DNA of 64,000 nt. Source: Harriotta raleighana (Eukaryota). Below are positions 62,760-64,000 of the stretch, piece by piece (position 1 is the first letter of the stretch; each line of letters starts with the position of its first letter). The notes beneath the pieces were generated by a model. That model searched no databases. It saw only the letters and a program-made list of their open reading frames with translations, and was not told the DNA's origin. The stretch is from positions 590,955 through 654,954 of the forward strand of contig JBNZDD010013542.1 in the NCBI GenBank assembly GCA_050575255.1, given 5' to 3'. The position numbers and the translations under genes are program-made.

Positions 62760-64000
62760 CTGAAAGGAAGAAAAGTAAAACTTTACAATTTTTGACAAGG
62801 ATTGTACTAGGATAGAGTCACTGGAATCCCAATAAAAGAGGGAGCAGCTGGCTGTGTCAGAGCTGGCTTGCAACCTTTTCCATTCAGAAGAACGTGGCAG
62901 CAGGCCAGGGAGGAAGGTCCTGTGGGAAACATCCAAATAGAGCCACTCCCTGCTGGCTTTGCTTTGCAGAGTGTTGGGACCTCGTCCCAGCACCATACAG
63001 ACTATCACTGCAGCTTTACGTAATCTATAAAAATCCATATTAATATTGTCCTAGGCTGTCAATATTTCTGTGATATGTGTATATCCCACTTCTAAAGCTT
63101 TCTATCTTGAATACTGGAGTAAAGCAATCCTAAATCCTGTGTGTAAATATATAAATTGTACATCTTTCCTCATATACACTTTCTTTCTCCCCAACAAAAA
63201 AACACAAGTTTTGTGGATAATTCGCCCACAAAATATAAAGTTTACACTGTGAAGTGCTTTGAAACATTTCAAAGACTCAATAAGGCGCTGTATCAATTGC
63301 AAGGTTTATTATTACATTATTTATAATTGTCAACTTCCCTTTATCTTCACCGGTTTAGTAGAGAATAAGGTTGACTGTCACTCAATACAATTGTGTTTGA
63401 GGCAGGATTTGCCAAATTCACCATGTTAAAAAAATACAATGTTTTGGGAATAAACAGTTATGCTATAAAACTTTTCAACACAATATTTCTCTCTCCTCTA
63501 AAAAATGCTGGCAGTAAACAGTTGGTTTCTGATGATTTTATTCCAAATTCGCTCTGTCTACTGTGCTCTTTATTTGTGACCAATGGAAATCAATTAAAAT
63601 CACTTCAAGAGTCTTTGCTTATTTATAAATTTGATCTGAAGTTGGCTGAGTCAGTGGCTGCATAGACCCGGGGGAACACGAGTCACACAACCCATCTCTT
63701 CCAAATGAATCAGGTTTTAGACTGGACTAGTCACACACAGATACATAAACTGATTAGCATTGACTGGAAATAAATTTAGGGAAGTGGATGAGTGCTTTGC
63801 TCAAGCTGCTCATCTCCGTGTCACTAACACAGGGGTTGTTGGGTCACAATATGTACAGCAGTTTACTTATTCTCCTCTCCCATGTAAAAGGTGGAGGGAT
63901 TGAGGCAACCAGTTCCACAGGTTTGTCTGGGCGGCTGAAAGCTTGACTGCCAAAAGTGGACTGGAGGGTTTGAGGGACACGCAGAAGGCTGGATTTTCCT

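Noticed and set aside
1-64000. Most ORFs in the six-frame track as genes
   Set aside because: They are short, lack recognisable domains and often overlap repeats; expected by chance in intronic DNA.

Overview
This is vertebrate genomic DNA, very probably from a cartilaginous fish (chimaera/shark-type SINE, CR1 and L2 repeats; the species cannot be fixed from sequence alone). Almost all listed ORFs are spurious. The one gene I can support is the 3' end of a SKAP-family adaptor on the minus strand, most likely SKAP1. Three coding exons (62759-62712, 48513-48401, 5420-5328) have canonical splice sites and compatible phases. They join to ...(D)[83 protein letters not shown], the SKAP C-terminal SH3 domain. 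A probable non-coding last exon starts at 2475. The rest is intron (about 14 kb and 43 kb) filled with tRNA-headed SINEs, CR1 and L2 fragments and Tigger-like MITEs, between repeat-free blocks that look regulatory. The most notable items are two consensus DR5 retinoic-acid response elements (one in a dense motif cluster), a near-consensus CTCF site, TALE and SOX palindromes, an apparently chimeric CORE+Deu SINE with two subfamilies, and retroposon-tail hairpins. A 1154-bp duplication across a single N is probably an assembly artefact. I found no convincing novel protein-coding system. Repeat boundaries are read by eye and are approximate.
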